Positions 12,627 to 25,048 of a stretch of 64,000 nucleotides of DNA are shown here, in pieces. The position numbers and the translations under genes were made by a program. The DNA comes from Chlorokybus atmophyticus. Taxonomy: Eukaryota > Plantae > Mesostigma and Chlorokybus algae. The stretch spans positions 295,859 to 359,858 of the forward strand of contig RHPI01003599.1 of the NCBI GenBank assembly GCA_009103225.1, given 5' to 3'. The notes under the pieces were generated by a model. It did no database searches and was not told where the DNA came from. It saw only the letters and a program-made list of their open reading frames with translations. Within the stretch, counting starts at the first letter, position 1, and the number at the start of each line of letters is the position of its first letter.

Positions 12627-15600
12627 TCAGCTGTACACTTTTCCCGGTTTGCACACAATGAAGTCTGCCAGGTCGGAGTAATCATCATCAGAAGCTTGCT
12701 CGTCATTGCTCTGCAGAGCAGCATCAATGAAGGGATTCTGGCTCCGAAGACTCTTTCGCTTCCGCTTTCTCCTGTGCATAACGGACTCACATCACTGATA
12801 ACAACTCGTGTCATGTTTGAGTCTCACTCAAACAACGGGCGTAAGTCGCATGTACTATATGTACCGGTGGCACTGTATAGCGTATGACTCTGTGTAGCAA
12901 CACATGTGGGATGCGACCATGCTCTGTCTAGCAATACCGATGCTGTGCAACAACCAAAAGCATCAAAGACTAACCTGCTTGAAAGCCTTATGTCGGCACC
13001 CCCCACAACAAACTGGGCTGCAGAAAGCTGTACTTCCTTGACATGTGATGCATCTGGAGCGGTGTTGAAAGGCAAATCGGGCTTGGTGTCAGTTTCACTA
13101 CTCTCGTGTGAGCAGCTTGCCTTAGGCTGCGCAACAAGCTGCTGCTCCAGATCAGATAGCAGTGTTGCAGTGGACACCGCAAGGTGCGAGAGTTCAATGT
13201 CAATAAAGCCGACAACACTGCTGCCAGCTGCTAATTGACTTGGGATTTTTTTGCTCTTGCGCACACTGGCCGTGCTTGTTGCGCAGCAGCTGCTGATCTG
13301 GTCGTGCATGGATGACGAGCAACTTTGAAGACAAGCTTGCTTCAACTCCGTACACATGCGCGCAAATACCACCACAGTGTCGTGTACAGAAGCGCAGGCT
13401 GAGGGTCGCTGCAACAGGACAACAATCAGGTCTCCTACTTGTGTGCGCCTGTGTATGCACATGTCTCATGTGTGGCACATGCATGACTGCTGCTAACTGG
13501 CTGCTACAGTCACCACAGATGCAGCGAGTGGACAAATAACAGAGCATAGCCAAGTGAAGTACTACCAGATTGTACCTGGCTGCTGGCGGTCTGCAACACC
13601 AGCGAACCTGCAGCAACAGCGAGCGCATTGACTTCGGCGATGAACGCCAATGGTGCTTGCAACTGGTGCCTTGCATCTGTCACAGCTGTTGATGCTGCTT
13701 GCAGTGAGCTGGCAGTGCTGCTGCTCGATCTATCTTCTTCTGCACCTTCAACAGTTTGTAGAAACACCTCCAGTAGTTGTTCCACTGCAATGGTGCAGGC
13801 AGCTATCGCCTTGCAGCAGGCTCGTAAGAGCAAGCCAACTGCTGGTGCAGGAAAGGTTGTCGCTGCTGTGCATGCTTCCGCCATGACCTTCAAGCAGTGT
13901 GTGGCCACTGGTAGGGATTCAATATCGGCTACTGCAGTCAGTTGCTCAAGGGGTTGGAAGGCCAACCTCAACATGCAGTGCAGTGAGACGCTGAGTGCAG
14001 CTAGTACGCAGCTGCTGTTGCCCGCCAACAGGACTGGTGGCTGGACGCAGCCGGAACTCTCTTTGTTGTTGCCAAAGGTGCTTCCAACAGATCGAACTAC
14101 CTCCATTGCTACCTTCACAGCTGATTCTGTATTCAGTAGCACCAGGACTGTTCGCAACACTGTTCTCAACAGGCCATCCTGCACAAGCAACTGTCAATAA
14201 CACAGCAACATTCCGGAGTTCCTCAAAGCACAATGTCATTAATAGTCGACAGCCGCGAACACATAGAGCTACAAGACCTGCGAGAGGAGCTGATGTTGCA
14301 AGAGGTCGAGCAGCACAGTTGCCACGGAATGTGCATAGCGGGAGGAAGGTGTTGAGGACTTGAACAGCATGACAAAAAGCTTGCAGTAACCCTCCAGCAC
14401 GCTGACCTGCGCGATGTTAACCAGTTGTCAGATTGTTCATTGATATGGTCGCTCAATTGGCAGTGCGCTAGCAGGCCACATTAGATGACTCACAGGTAGG
14501 CCCCGATGGACGGCAGCCTGCGCCACATTGGCGATATGCACTGCTGTTTCACCGACAACTTGCTCTGCGGATTCAACGCCTGGTTGAACTTCAAAGCCAA
14601 CGTGTTGCTCGGCAATGGCTTGCTCAACAGCAATCGCAGATGCCGGGCGGTATTCCATGGGTATAGACGATAGCAGTCGAAACCAAGCAGACATCGGCTC
14701 ATCCAAGCCATGAGAACTAGAAAGAAAAGACATAGCCAGCAGTGATATGGCTGCCTGATGCACCGCAGCAGTATCCGCCAAGTTGCTTGCTTCTGCCAGT
14801 ATAGCACCTCTGCCCGAAGAACGCCTGCACCTGTCAGCCTTGAGCGGGCTTGAACTGCGCCGGACGGTTTTCACTAGCTGCGCAGTAGCATATGCCGCAA
14901 GACTTGAGGCAAAAGTATCCGGCACAGGCAATTGTCTTAGCTGCAAACCATCTGGAGCAGAGCTGCAGTGCAGCAGCTTGAACGCCAGGTGTGCAGCAGT
15001 GACGGCTGAGTCCTTAACATCTGAACTCGTTGACAATGAAAGTCTTGTGGTCAACATGTCCAAGATATGTGTCAGGCACTCGGAGGTTACCAGGTTGGAT
15101 GATGCCGCAGCAGTCTCAAGTAGCTGCGCCATGGCTGTGGTTGACAACTGGGCTGAGGCTTTGCGAGTGCTTATTGCAGCCTTACTGAGAACAGCATGTA
15201 TGCCTGCTAGCTGCAAGGGCACAGAGCTCGCACATGGTGAAGCATGCAAGCATGTCGCAAGGGATGGTTCTGCCAGCAGTCCCTCCAAAAACACCTGGCA
15301 CAACTGGCTCTCAGAATAAGAGCGCGTCCTCCATATAGTGTCACGCATACTACCAACACTTACACCAGGCTTATAACATTGACAGTACACAACCAAAGCA
15401 CAGCGCTTCCAGGGTACACACCTCAACGAGTTCACACACAAGAGCTGCTCTCTTCTCAAACGTTATTTGCTCCAATGGACATGTTTGCTCATTCTGGCCG
15501 AGTTCAAGTCCAGGGGCTGTAGAACCCAGCTGAGCAGCACGAGCAAGACGTTTATAAAGTGGTTCTGGACTCGTCACTGTGTCGCAGGTGGAAACACTCG

Positions 15601-18362
15601 GTAAAAGCAAGGCCAACAGACTGTCCAGGCTACAGAGCTGTTGAAGGATGCCAGACACCGCACGCTCGACAGCAATAGGCGTCTCCTGAAAAACAAGCAT
15701 GCTGAGTATCACTGGCACGTCAAGTCTTCAACAACTAGCGAAGGATGAAAACCTGGGTCCTGGCACCTTGCATGTTATTGTTATGGTGCGAAGCAGGCAA
15801 TACACCACTGCTGGTATTGGGAGTGCAAGGACTGCATGACCATTGGTCTGTCTGTACAGTGCCTCAATAATAAACTTCACAGGTGGACTGCAAGCTGTGG
15901 CAATTTTGGTCTTGGCTGACGGGCCTGCAAGTGTAACACCTGGCAGCAACTGGCGCATCAGCATAGCTTGCAGAGCCTCTGTGAGCTCTGCGGTCATTGG
16001 GCCAGCTGAGTGCAACGCATTTGCGAGGCCAACCAAAACCTCGCAGCGGCTGTTCTGCATACAGGTCCAAGTCAAGTTCTCAATAAAGAGCAGGATGGTA
16101 CTAGGGTACGTACCGGCGATGAGGTTACTGTAGCTTCAAAGGCATCAACAAGCCGCACTTGATATGATGTGGACACCCTGCTGAGAATGTTGCTCATGCA
16201 AATACCAGCAACAACCGGTTGCCTGCTTGCAAGCGCTTGGAGCACTGGCATAGCTTCTTCCACCGCAGGAGCCTTGCCAAGCGCCAACCCCCACAGACGA
16301 GCAGCTTTACTCTGCAGCATATGCGAGGTAACTGCCAGCAACTCTGCCCAGAAACTACTGGCAGCACCCGGTGACATCTCAGAGCACAGGGCCTCAAGCA
16401 GAAGAAGGCCGACCTTGTCCGTCCTAGCGCTTGCGACTAACTCAAGCGCTTGGTGTAATAGCCTTGGCTGAAGGGCCGGCTGCTCCCGAAACAGCTGCAA
16501 GACAAGCGGCTGCGCTGCGGCACAACCTGCTACAGCCAAGGCAATGCCGACTTGCGCCAGATAGTCAGCCATGCCCGCGTGCACCGCCAGCAGGTCTTTC
16601 ACCACCATTCCCCAATCAGTGCAATGCTTGCAATCAAGAGCAGCTGCAACAGTATGGAGACAGCTTTCATCCATGACCAGAAGCAGGGCGCACTCTAGCC
16701 AGGCACTCTGCTTCGCCTGATATGACGACTTCAATTCAGGACTCTGACTGGTGAGTGCTTCCAACATGACGCCACGCAGTTGGCTTCCGGACTGCAGAGC
16801 AGCTTGAAGAGAAGTGAAGAAGCTCAGCCTGCTCAATGGTGGTGCTGCTTGTAGCAAGATGCACCAACAGACACTATATCTGGGCTGTTGGGACACCGCT
16901 GCAAGTTGAAGTAATGCTGGTGAACACCGCAAGAAATCTTTATTGCTGCATATAAGGTCTGCCTGAGCTTCGACGCGCCAACAAATTGGCTCAGACAGGG
17001 CCCACACGAGCTCGCGGGGCAACTCTGAAAAGGCAGTCAACATTGAAGGTAGCATCTGGGTTTGCCAAGGTGAGCTGAGCAACTCCTGCGTGATTGCGAA
17101 GGTAGCCTCAGTCACCGGGCATGCTGCGTGTATTTGAGGCAACCGCTCTTCATGAGTGTCTGCCTTGCCAGAATCAGTGTCACAGCACCCGCTGCAGTCG
17201 TGCAGCCGTTGCACAGCACTCACAGCACTTGGGAAAACTTCCCAGCACCCAGCACAGCCTTCATACTGCAAAGGCTGCCTGGCACACATGCACATTGTTA
17301 CTCTTATGGAGGCACCAGGAACAAAAAGTGTTAGTCTGCATAGGCATGCTATCAACAAAAGTTACCTCTCTGCATCATCCCCTGCGCATGCAGCGTCCTG
17401 CTTGTCACGCCACTCCAAAGCCCGCAGCACAGCCTTTGAGACCCGTACGTATTCTGGCAGTGTGACCATGTCTTCCTCACTGCTGTGTGATTCTGGCCCA
17501 TGCTACATTTGCAAGTCAACTTCAGAACGACCTCATGCAATACACTGCCGCATCGCAGCCTGTGACCATTGCGTTCACCACTGACAATGCTCACCGTTTC
17601 AGTGTGTGGCACTATTAGCAGCGGCTCATCAGCGCAAGCTTCGGTTGTGGCACCGTCGATTCTGGAGGGGGACCAGGCCCCATAAAGTAACCACGCACGG
17701 ATGTCGATGATGATGCACGAGGCGACCAGGCCTGCCATGGCATTGCAGTCAACAGTCTGATGCGTAGCTGATCTTGGGGACAAACAAAGACTGCGTTGTT
17801 TTGCTAAACATACTGTTGCAACACACTCAATTATACTGCATGCTCCTTGCAATGTTGTGAGTAAGTGCCAAGCGCTTGAATACCAATACTGTCGTGTTCA
17901 AGCCTTTGTACAACGGAGCTAAAAAGCAAGTGCAACCATGGCATGCTCCCACTGCGTATGCATCACCATGTTGAATCTAAAGTGCGGTAACAGGTCCGCT
18001 GTAATCAACCATGCTGCAATCCACAAAGTTAACTTGATAAGCATGCACACACAGGAAATGCATGATGAACATGTACGGAGATCTTAAGCGTAACTTGCGA
18101 GGCTACGAATAGATTCACCTGTGAAGACGCCGTGCTGCAGCAGAGACAAAGCCACCAGGGCGGTCTCGCCTCGCAGCCTGGGAGAGCTCAACAGAGCCCT
18201 CAGCAGCAACTGCGCCCGCTTGCCACCGTCGCCTGCGTCCAGGACAGCACGGCTGCGCAGAGCCCGCACAGCTGTCGCCGCCTGCTCCTCAGTCAGCCCA
18301 GCCACATGGCGCCTGAACGCCTCCGCACTGCGTCGGAAAGCACCCACCAGCGCCTCGGCCAT
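12627..18362 (-). CDS. FANCI: large alpha-solenoid protein, FANCI-like
   Basis: ATG at 18362 and long open exons (e.g. 16072-17358, 14437-15459, 13510-14190, 12824-13462). CWEVFPSAVSAV...QELLSSPWQTQMLPSMLTAFSELP and AQPLVLQLFREQPALQPRLLHQALELV recall FANCI solenoid 1/2 motifs. The last exon ends SQNPFIDAAL...DDYSDLADFIVCKPGKVYS* at 12627. Family assignment is from remembered motifs only. Confidence 0.5.
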
Positions 18363-18484
18363 ACCCAAAAGGCTTCTGCTATCATCAGCTTGCCCAGCCA
18401 AGCCAATGGCTACGCCCCACGCAGCCACGCCCTCCCCTCGCCCATCCCGCCACCACCAGCCACACCACCACTGCCGCCGCCGGC

Positions 18485-18493
18485 TTAGGGTTT
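18485..18493 (-). promoter_or_regulatory. telo-box in FANCI-like/NAPE-PLD bidirectional promoter
   Basis: Exact TTAGGGTTT in the 383-bp gap between the divergent ATGs. Confidence 0.5.
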
Positions 18494-18745
18494 GAGCCAC
18501 GCAAACGGGCATGGCGGGAACTCCCCGATATCAATTGTAGGGCTGATACCAAGCAGGTCTATCCTGATATACGCGGTGCTCGGTACATGTCAGTACCGTA
18601 CGTATTGTACGATACACTGTACGCTCGGTACCGTACGCCACGTTCAGACTGGCAGTGGTGGCGGTCTGTGTCACGGCTTGAAGCTGAAGTGCGAGCATGC
18701 TGCTGAGCAGTTTACAGCAGAGCAGTGTACTGCAGTGTAGCAGTG

Positions 18746-21497
18746 ATGGGGGCGAAGCAGAGTGCTGCGCATGGCGGGGCGGCAGCGGCGGCGGCGGCTG
18801 CCTCCCGCCCGGCGCATCACCTGCCTGATGGTGGTTTCGTGAACCCATGGTGAGCAGCGCTGTTAATATTTGCGTGTGCGCTTGCGGGCGGGAGGATGCT
18901 TACACCTTATTAGATAAGTGCTTGTAGTCTTGTATGGTATGTGGCTGTGCTGGTGCGTCGTGGCAGCACGAACTTTGGTCTGTATGCGCTTGCGTACGCA
19001 GAGTAGTAGCTTTATTATTTTTGCTGCTCGCAGCTATACGAATTGCTGTGTTGTCTGTAATAGAAGTTGGTGCAGGCCGTCTTTTACACCTCATCAAAGT
19101 GGCCTCGTGACGTTTCTGAAGCTACGCTTTCAGGTGCTGTGTGTTTTGCGCAAATAAGGTTTCAGAACTGTTGGCAGCTTGCAGCACTTGCCATTGGCAA
19201 CTGCGGAATCTATGAGTGTTGCTGTTGCTGAGCAATAGCAGTGCAGGAGTGGGACACAAAGCGTAGCGAAGCAACGAAAGAAGTTGTTGACGCATTGCCG
19301 GTGAAGCCTCCTGATTGGGAGCGCATAGCAGCACCGCCTGAAGGACATGTGCAGGTCAGCAGGTGCTTCCGAAACAACTAGTGTGTCTGTCAAGGTTGGC
19401 AGTGTTACTGAGCAGTTCTACTGATCACATGCTAATCGTTTCAACATGACTACATGCAGGCCACATGGATTGGGCATGCAAGCTTCCTGCTGCAGTTTGA
19501 CGGCGTCACTATACTCACAGATCCAAGTAAGCCGTTAATGCGTTGCTGCTGGGCACGCGCGAAACTAGGCTTTGTAACCGAACCATTGCAGGCAGGGTTA
19601 TTTGTGCATGCAGTCGAGCAGAGGTCATAGCTAGACACATGCGCTGGGATTACATGCATGGAGTTTAGGTGATGTGCATCAAACCGCTGTGACAGATATG
19701 CGCATGTTCAACCTCCCTTTCTCTGTGCAGTTTGGTCTGATCGCTGCTTTCGCTCGCAAGCAATCGGCCCCAAAAGGCAAGCACAGTATACAAGCATGCT
19801 GCTGCATGCAGGTGTCTGACCATGTTCTTGACTCACTGCAGTCTTGGCGTCTACACGCCATCATTGTAAGCAGCACGTCACTGACCACCATTTTGTGCAC
19901 AGAATTGTGCCTCCCGCATTCCCATTGGCAAAACTGCCTCCCATTGATGTGGTGATTATCTCTCACAACCATTATGGTGAGAAAACACCTTTGTTGCTGT
20001 ACCTCAGGGCTATGCATGATGAGCAGGCTTGGGTGCATTGCTGAAGATGTTCATGACCTGCTCAATACGACTGTCCAATACAGATCACTTGGACGAAAAC
20101 ACCATCAAAGCGCTGGGCAACCGACCATTGTACCTCGTGCCGCTGGGCGTGAAAGAATGGTACTATTGGATTGTTGTAACGAGTACATGTCATTGCAGTT
20201 TTGGGCAACATCATGGCTGACTGACGGAGCAGTTACGTGCTGCAGGATGGAGAAGTTTGGCGTAACTAATGTGGTGAGTTGCGGTTGATATAGGCATTGC
20301 TTGCTGATTGTTTACTTTACATCCAGCCTGAAGTGCAAGACCTGTAACAGAAAGAGCTGGACTGGTGGGAGTCGCATGAAGCCAAGACATTGTCAGGACC
20401 AACGCTGAAGGCTGTGTGCACTCCTTGCCAGCACTTCTCAGGGCGATGGCTGGATGATAGGAATAAGGTAAGGAGGGAAGAAGCTTGCCTGCTGCTTTGC
20501 AGGTCATAAGATGTACAGTGCCATGTGCAATGTAGTCATGCGTTTCAGGATATGTTGATGTTCGTCAACGTTGGATTGATTGCTGATTCATGTCCAGACA
20601 CTGTGGAGCTCTTGGGTTCTCGAGGGTCCCACCAAGAAGGTGTACTTTGCTGGTGACACTGGCTACCGCTCAGTCCCGAAGGACTTCCAGGGAGTTGAAA
20701 CGGGTGCGCACCTGTTCTGACAGCTGTTTGTGACTGCTATGTTTGGTTAACCAGCGCCACTTGGGGCGGTTGTTGCCAACCGAAACATTCTAACAGTGGT
20801 GACTTATCGCAGATATAACGCCTGTATGTCCAGCGTTTGCTGAAATAGGAGCCAAGCATGGCCCCTTTGACTTGGCATTGATACCCATTGGAGCGTATTC
20901 TCCTCGGTGGTTCATGTCGCCGGTTCACTGCTCCCCAGGTTTGCCTTTGGTTAACATCGTCACCAATCGTGCAGCTCGTGTTGGTCTGACTCGTGTGCTT
21001 GACCAGAGGACGCTGTGGCACTTCATCTGGCAGTGAAGTCAAAACAGTCAATTGGCATGCATTGGGGTGAGTGCAACACACATACGCAAGCACGCACGTA
21101 CATGCTCACAAATGCACATAGAGACAGCCAAGCACCTGCACGCATGCCCTCCAACTCGCACACAGGCAGCAGTTGATACTGGCATGTTTAATGCATCGCA
21201 ACTCAGCATGTCATGTCTCAGCCCATTGCTGTGAATGCTTATGCGCTGGTTTGCAGGGACGTTTGTGTTGACTGATGAGCCAATCCTTGAACCTCCCAAG
21301 CGGCTGATCCAAGTACAACTTGCCTGCTCATCTGGATAGTTTTGTCCAGCGTAACAGTTGATGGGGTTGCCTGTGTTTTGTTACTGGTAATCTTGCTAAT
21401 TTGTCGTGCGCTGCAGGAGTTGAAGCGCTTGAGTATTGATCCAAGCAGCTTCATAACGTTGCAGCATGGAGAAACCCAAAGCTTTCCAACAGCCTGA
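18746..21497 (+). CDS. NAPEPLD: N-acyl-phosphatidylethanolamine-hydrolysing phospholipase D (metallo-beta-lactamase fold)
   Basis: About 13 exons give [44 protein letters not shown] (HxHxDH), [72 protein letters not shown]. Stop at 21497. Confidence 0.92.
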
Positions 21498-23496
21498 AAT
21501 GGTGGCGAAGTTTAAGTGTTTAGTGTTGCAGCTCACCAGGATCATAACTAGGTTGGGCACAAGCCATCTGTTGTTGAAAGAGAACCGACCATTTGTAACA
21601 CGATAACTTCTTCATACCCATTGATTATTGACCTGTCTGGTGAACTGTGTTATATTCACTGATCGATGTTGCATGGTGTTAGTTAATGTGGTGAGCGATC
21701 GTGTAGTACATACATTTTTATAGAAAATCAACATCTCGTGTTTTGTCCAAGCTACTCTACATGTGTAAGATCATGACAAACATCATGCATGAGTGTGGGG
21801 AGCAGTTCTACTGCCCACATGTATGTCGTGGGGCTTGGGCATGACTTGTGTATGACTGATGCATGACCCGTGCATGACTGTGCCTGTCATGCTGCTTCCT
21901 AATTGAGTGTGCTATGCTAACAGTCGTAAAATCGCCTGTATTACAATGGTCTGTTGGGGTCTGTTGGGGTCTTGACTGTGGTGCTAGCTATGGGTACATG
22001 CAGGCAGTGGTAAGACTCAAACAACAACCTAAAGCGCTGGCGGCGGGCATTCCATGGCGGGGCCCAAGCTTGTGTCGTCGTCGTCGTCATGTATGCTGGG
22101 CGGCGCCACGGACACAAGGCCTAACCTCTACTTCTGCCTCTCATGTGCCCTCTGCATGTTGTTGCCGTGCTGAGTCTCTACTGCTTCTGCTTCTCCTGCT
22201 GCTTGAGGGTCTAGCTGTCTATGTTGAGCCAATAGTTTCGTCCTGGCATAATAGCTCTGCCTTGGCCCCTGTCTAATTCAGTGCTGTGCTTGCCGTGCTT
22301 GCTGTTCTGCTCTATGCTGTTGTGACTTGCATTGTGCACGATATCTTTGAGTGTGCCTAGCGCAGCTCTTATGTGATCTATGCATAGGTCCATCATTGCT
22401 AAAATCACCCAAGAGTCTTGGGCCAAAACCTCACATGAGCGCTAAGTTACATGCTTTGTACTTCATAAATCGTAGTTACTCCACTCTATGGTTGTTCACA
22501 ACATTTGGGCATCATGCGCATTGTTTTCCTTTATAACATTCTCACGCATTTACAAACCAATAACGCCGGCAATTGCAAAGTGGCAAACCATTTAAATCAG
22601 CGCGAGTTGCGGTAGTACAGGAGCGTATTTGCCTTTTCTATATTGCATGAGATTGATATTATAAAATTGTGATCATGCCACCTTACCTTAATTAGATAAG
22701 TGCTGTATACTTACACCACCGGGTGAATGATAGCTGCAGCTCTAGTCTTGCATGAGTGAACAATGTTTCGCTACCAACATTACAAATGTCGTAATGGCCA
22801 TGTTTTGAAACGGTTAGTATTGATTATTATCAGTCCATAATTGTCGTAGTCAAAATGTTGTAACGGCGGTGCAATTTGAATGTGGGCATATAAGCAAGTA
22901 ATGATGATACAGCTAATAAATTGTTATCACAGTAATACCATAATAATACTACAATAATACAATATAAGTCATAACAGGCTAATGGTTCAATACGATGAGT
23001 ATTGCACCGATTGCTCTTGTACAACAGTTCGAACAAATATATAAGGTTGTAGTAGACGCGATATTCCGTAAGACAGGTTGTAATGAGAAGCATGGCGCTT
23101 GTCAAAGTCACCACAATCAATGCATATGTAATTATAAATGATATTAATATGTGCAAAGCTTAACAATAGCTTACAAGCATCCTGTCAATTTTGTCGCACT
23201 TATGAGCTTGCACCTTGGTGTAATTGTAAGAACACCTATGAATTAACGCAACTTCAATTTCCGCTTACGAGATTTTATTATTACGCAAGAAATAACATAC
23301 AATTGTTACATAAAAAGTCACATTAACTTGCACACCATCAACCGTGTATTGGGGAATAGGAGTAGGTAGTCATAAATGGCGTTGTCGGAGGGTCATCATC
23401 ATAACAATTTGGGCTTTCGTGTACCTTAACAGTCTAACAGCGCAAATGCCCCACCTTCAACGCTACAACCCGGGAGTGCCGGCTGCTTTTTCAGAG

Positions 23497-23747
23497 CGGA
23501 TAATCTCGTCTCCATCAGACAGGCGGGACGAGAGAGATCCTACGTGGAGGGCAAAAGCCAATCCGCGCGGCTATTGGCTGCGTCCGACCGCCACTGCGCC
23601 CTCCGATTGGACCCCGCGGACCGCACTTAAAAAGTCGTCTCCCCGCCCAAAACCCCGGCTAGAAACCCCTAGCCTAACCCCGAAAAGGGCAGTGAATGCA
23701 GCCGTTGAATCACTCCATTGATTCACGCAAAATTTTAGCGTGAATCA
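23497..23747 (+). promoter_or_regulatory. candidate light-responsive promoter of Lhca1
   Basis: CGGATA (23497), TACGTGG (23541), CCAAT (23558) and a palindrome at 23719-23747 upstream of ATG 23954. These are short motifs that could occur by chance. Confidence 0.3.
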
Positions 23748-23953
23748 GGTGACTCACTCAGTGCGGTTAAGCTTTTAACTCAGTTTAGGGCGCTGCGGCT
23801 GTGGGCGTAACTGAGGGCTAAAGAGTGAGGCGGCGGGCATAGAGAGGGTGTCGTCGTCGTGGTTGTTGTCGTAAGCGGGTGATTGTGTTTGAACGAGAAA
23901 GGTCGGCGGCGCTACTACTACTTCGAGGAGTGTAGCAGGCTGTGTCAGCAGCA

Positions 23954-25048
23954 ATGGCGGCAGCAATGGCTCAGGGCGTGGCGGTGATGCGGTCGTCCTT
24001 CCTGGGCGCCAAGCCCCGCACAGCCATCCGCGCTGCGGCCCCCGCCGCCGCCCCGGTCCGCTCCCTCCAGGTGTTCGCCGCCCAGAAGGTCAAGAGCTGG
24101 CTGCCCGGCAGCGACCCCGTGCCCTACCTCGAGGGCCTCCCCGCCAACTTCGGCTTTGACCCTCTTGGCTTCGGCAAGACCAAGAGCAACCTTGAGCGGT
24201 GAGCAAGCAAGCACGCATTGAAACCCTAGCCAGCTTGGCCAGCTCAAACAATGCACAGCTTCTCAGCGTTGCAAGCATGCATGCAATACCAGCATTGCTC
24301 CGGTCAGTGTGGTGCATTGTGACGTTGTTTTGAGGGTCCTAAGCTGTCATTGTTGGGGATAGGTTCCAGCAGAGCGAGCTGATCCACGCGAGGTGGGCTA
24401 TGCTCGGTGTGGCTGGTGTGTTGCTGCCCGAGCTGTTGGGCTTCGGCAACTGGATCGACGCCCCCAAGCCCTACCTCGCCGGCGGCACTGGCACCTACTT
24501 CGGCATCCCCGTGCCCTTCACCCTCCCCATCCTCGTCGCCATTGAGTTTGTTGCCATCGCCTGGGCCGAGCTCGCCCGTGGCCAGGCCGACTCACAGGTA
24601 AACAAACCACACCACATTTTTCAATGTACATTGCTGGTGTTTTAGATCTAGTTGTGTCAGCGGTTGTGGCAGAGTGCTTTTGCTGCTGTAAGTTGCCAGC
24701 TGTCTCACCACTGCTTTGAACAGGATGCCAAGACCTACCCCGGCGGTGCTTTCGACCCCCTCGGTTTCTCCAAGGGCGCCAACCTTGAGGAGCTGAAGGT
24801 CAAGGAGCTCAAGAACGGTGAGTTGTGTCATCAACATGTGGTTGCGGCTAACACCTAGCCTACGTTGTGCACAATGCTGACTATGTTTGTGTTCCCTTTC
24901 AGGCCGATTGGCCATGGTTGCCTTCCTCGGCTTCGTTGTCCAGGCTGCTGTGACCGGCCAAGGCCCGCTTGCCAACCTTGCTGCGCACATTGCGGACCCG
25001 TGGGGCGTGAATGCTGCCACCAACGGCGCCCTCCCCTTTGTCCAATAG
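23954..25048 (+). CDS. LHCA1: photosystem I light-harvesting chlorophyll a/b protein Lhca1
   Basis: Exons 23954-24198, 24363-24597, 24724-24817 and 24903-25048. Transit peptide, [49 protein letters not shown] and HIADPWGVN. Short Lhca1-type loops and strong GC3 bias. Confidence 0.93.

Noticed and set aside
13628-16471. Plus-strand ORFs of 100-190 aa
   Set aside because: They are antisense shadows of the GC-rich FANCI-like exons.
22830-23326. AT-rich ORFs upstream of Lhca1
   Set aside because: Composition-driven, with no motif, TIR or TSD found.
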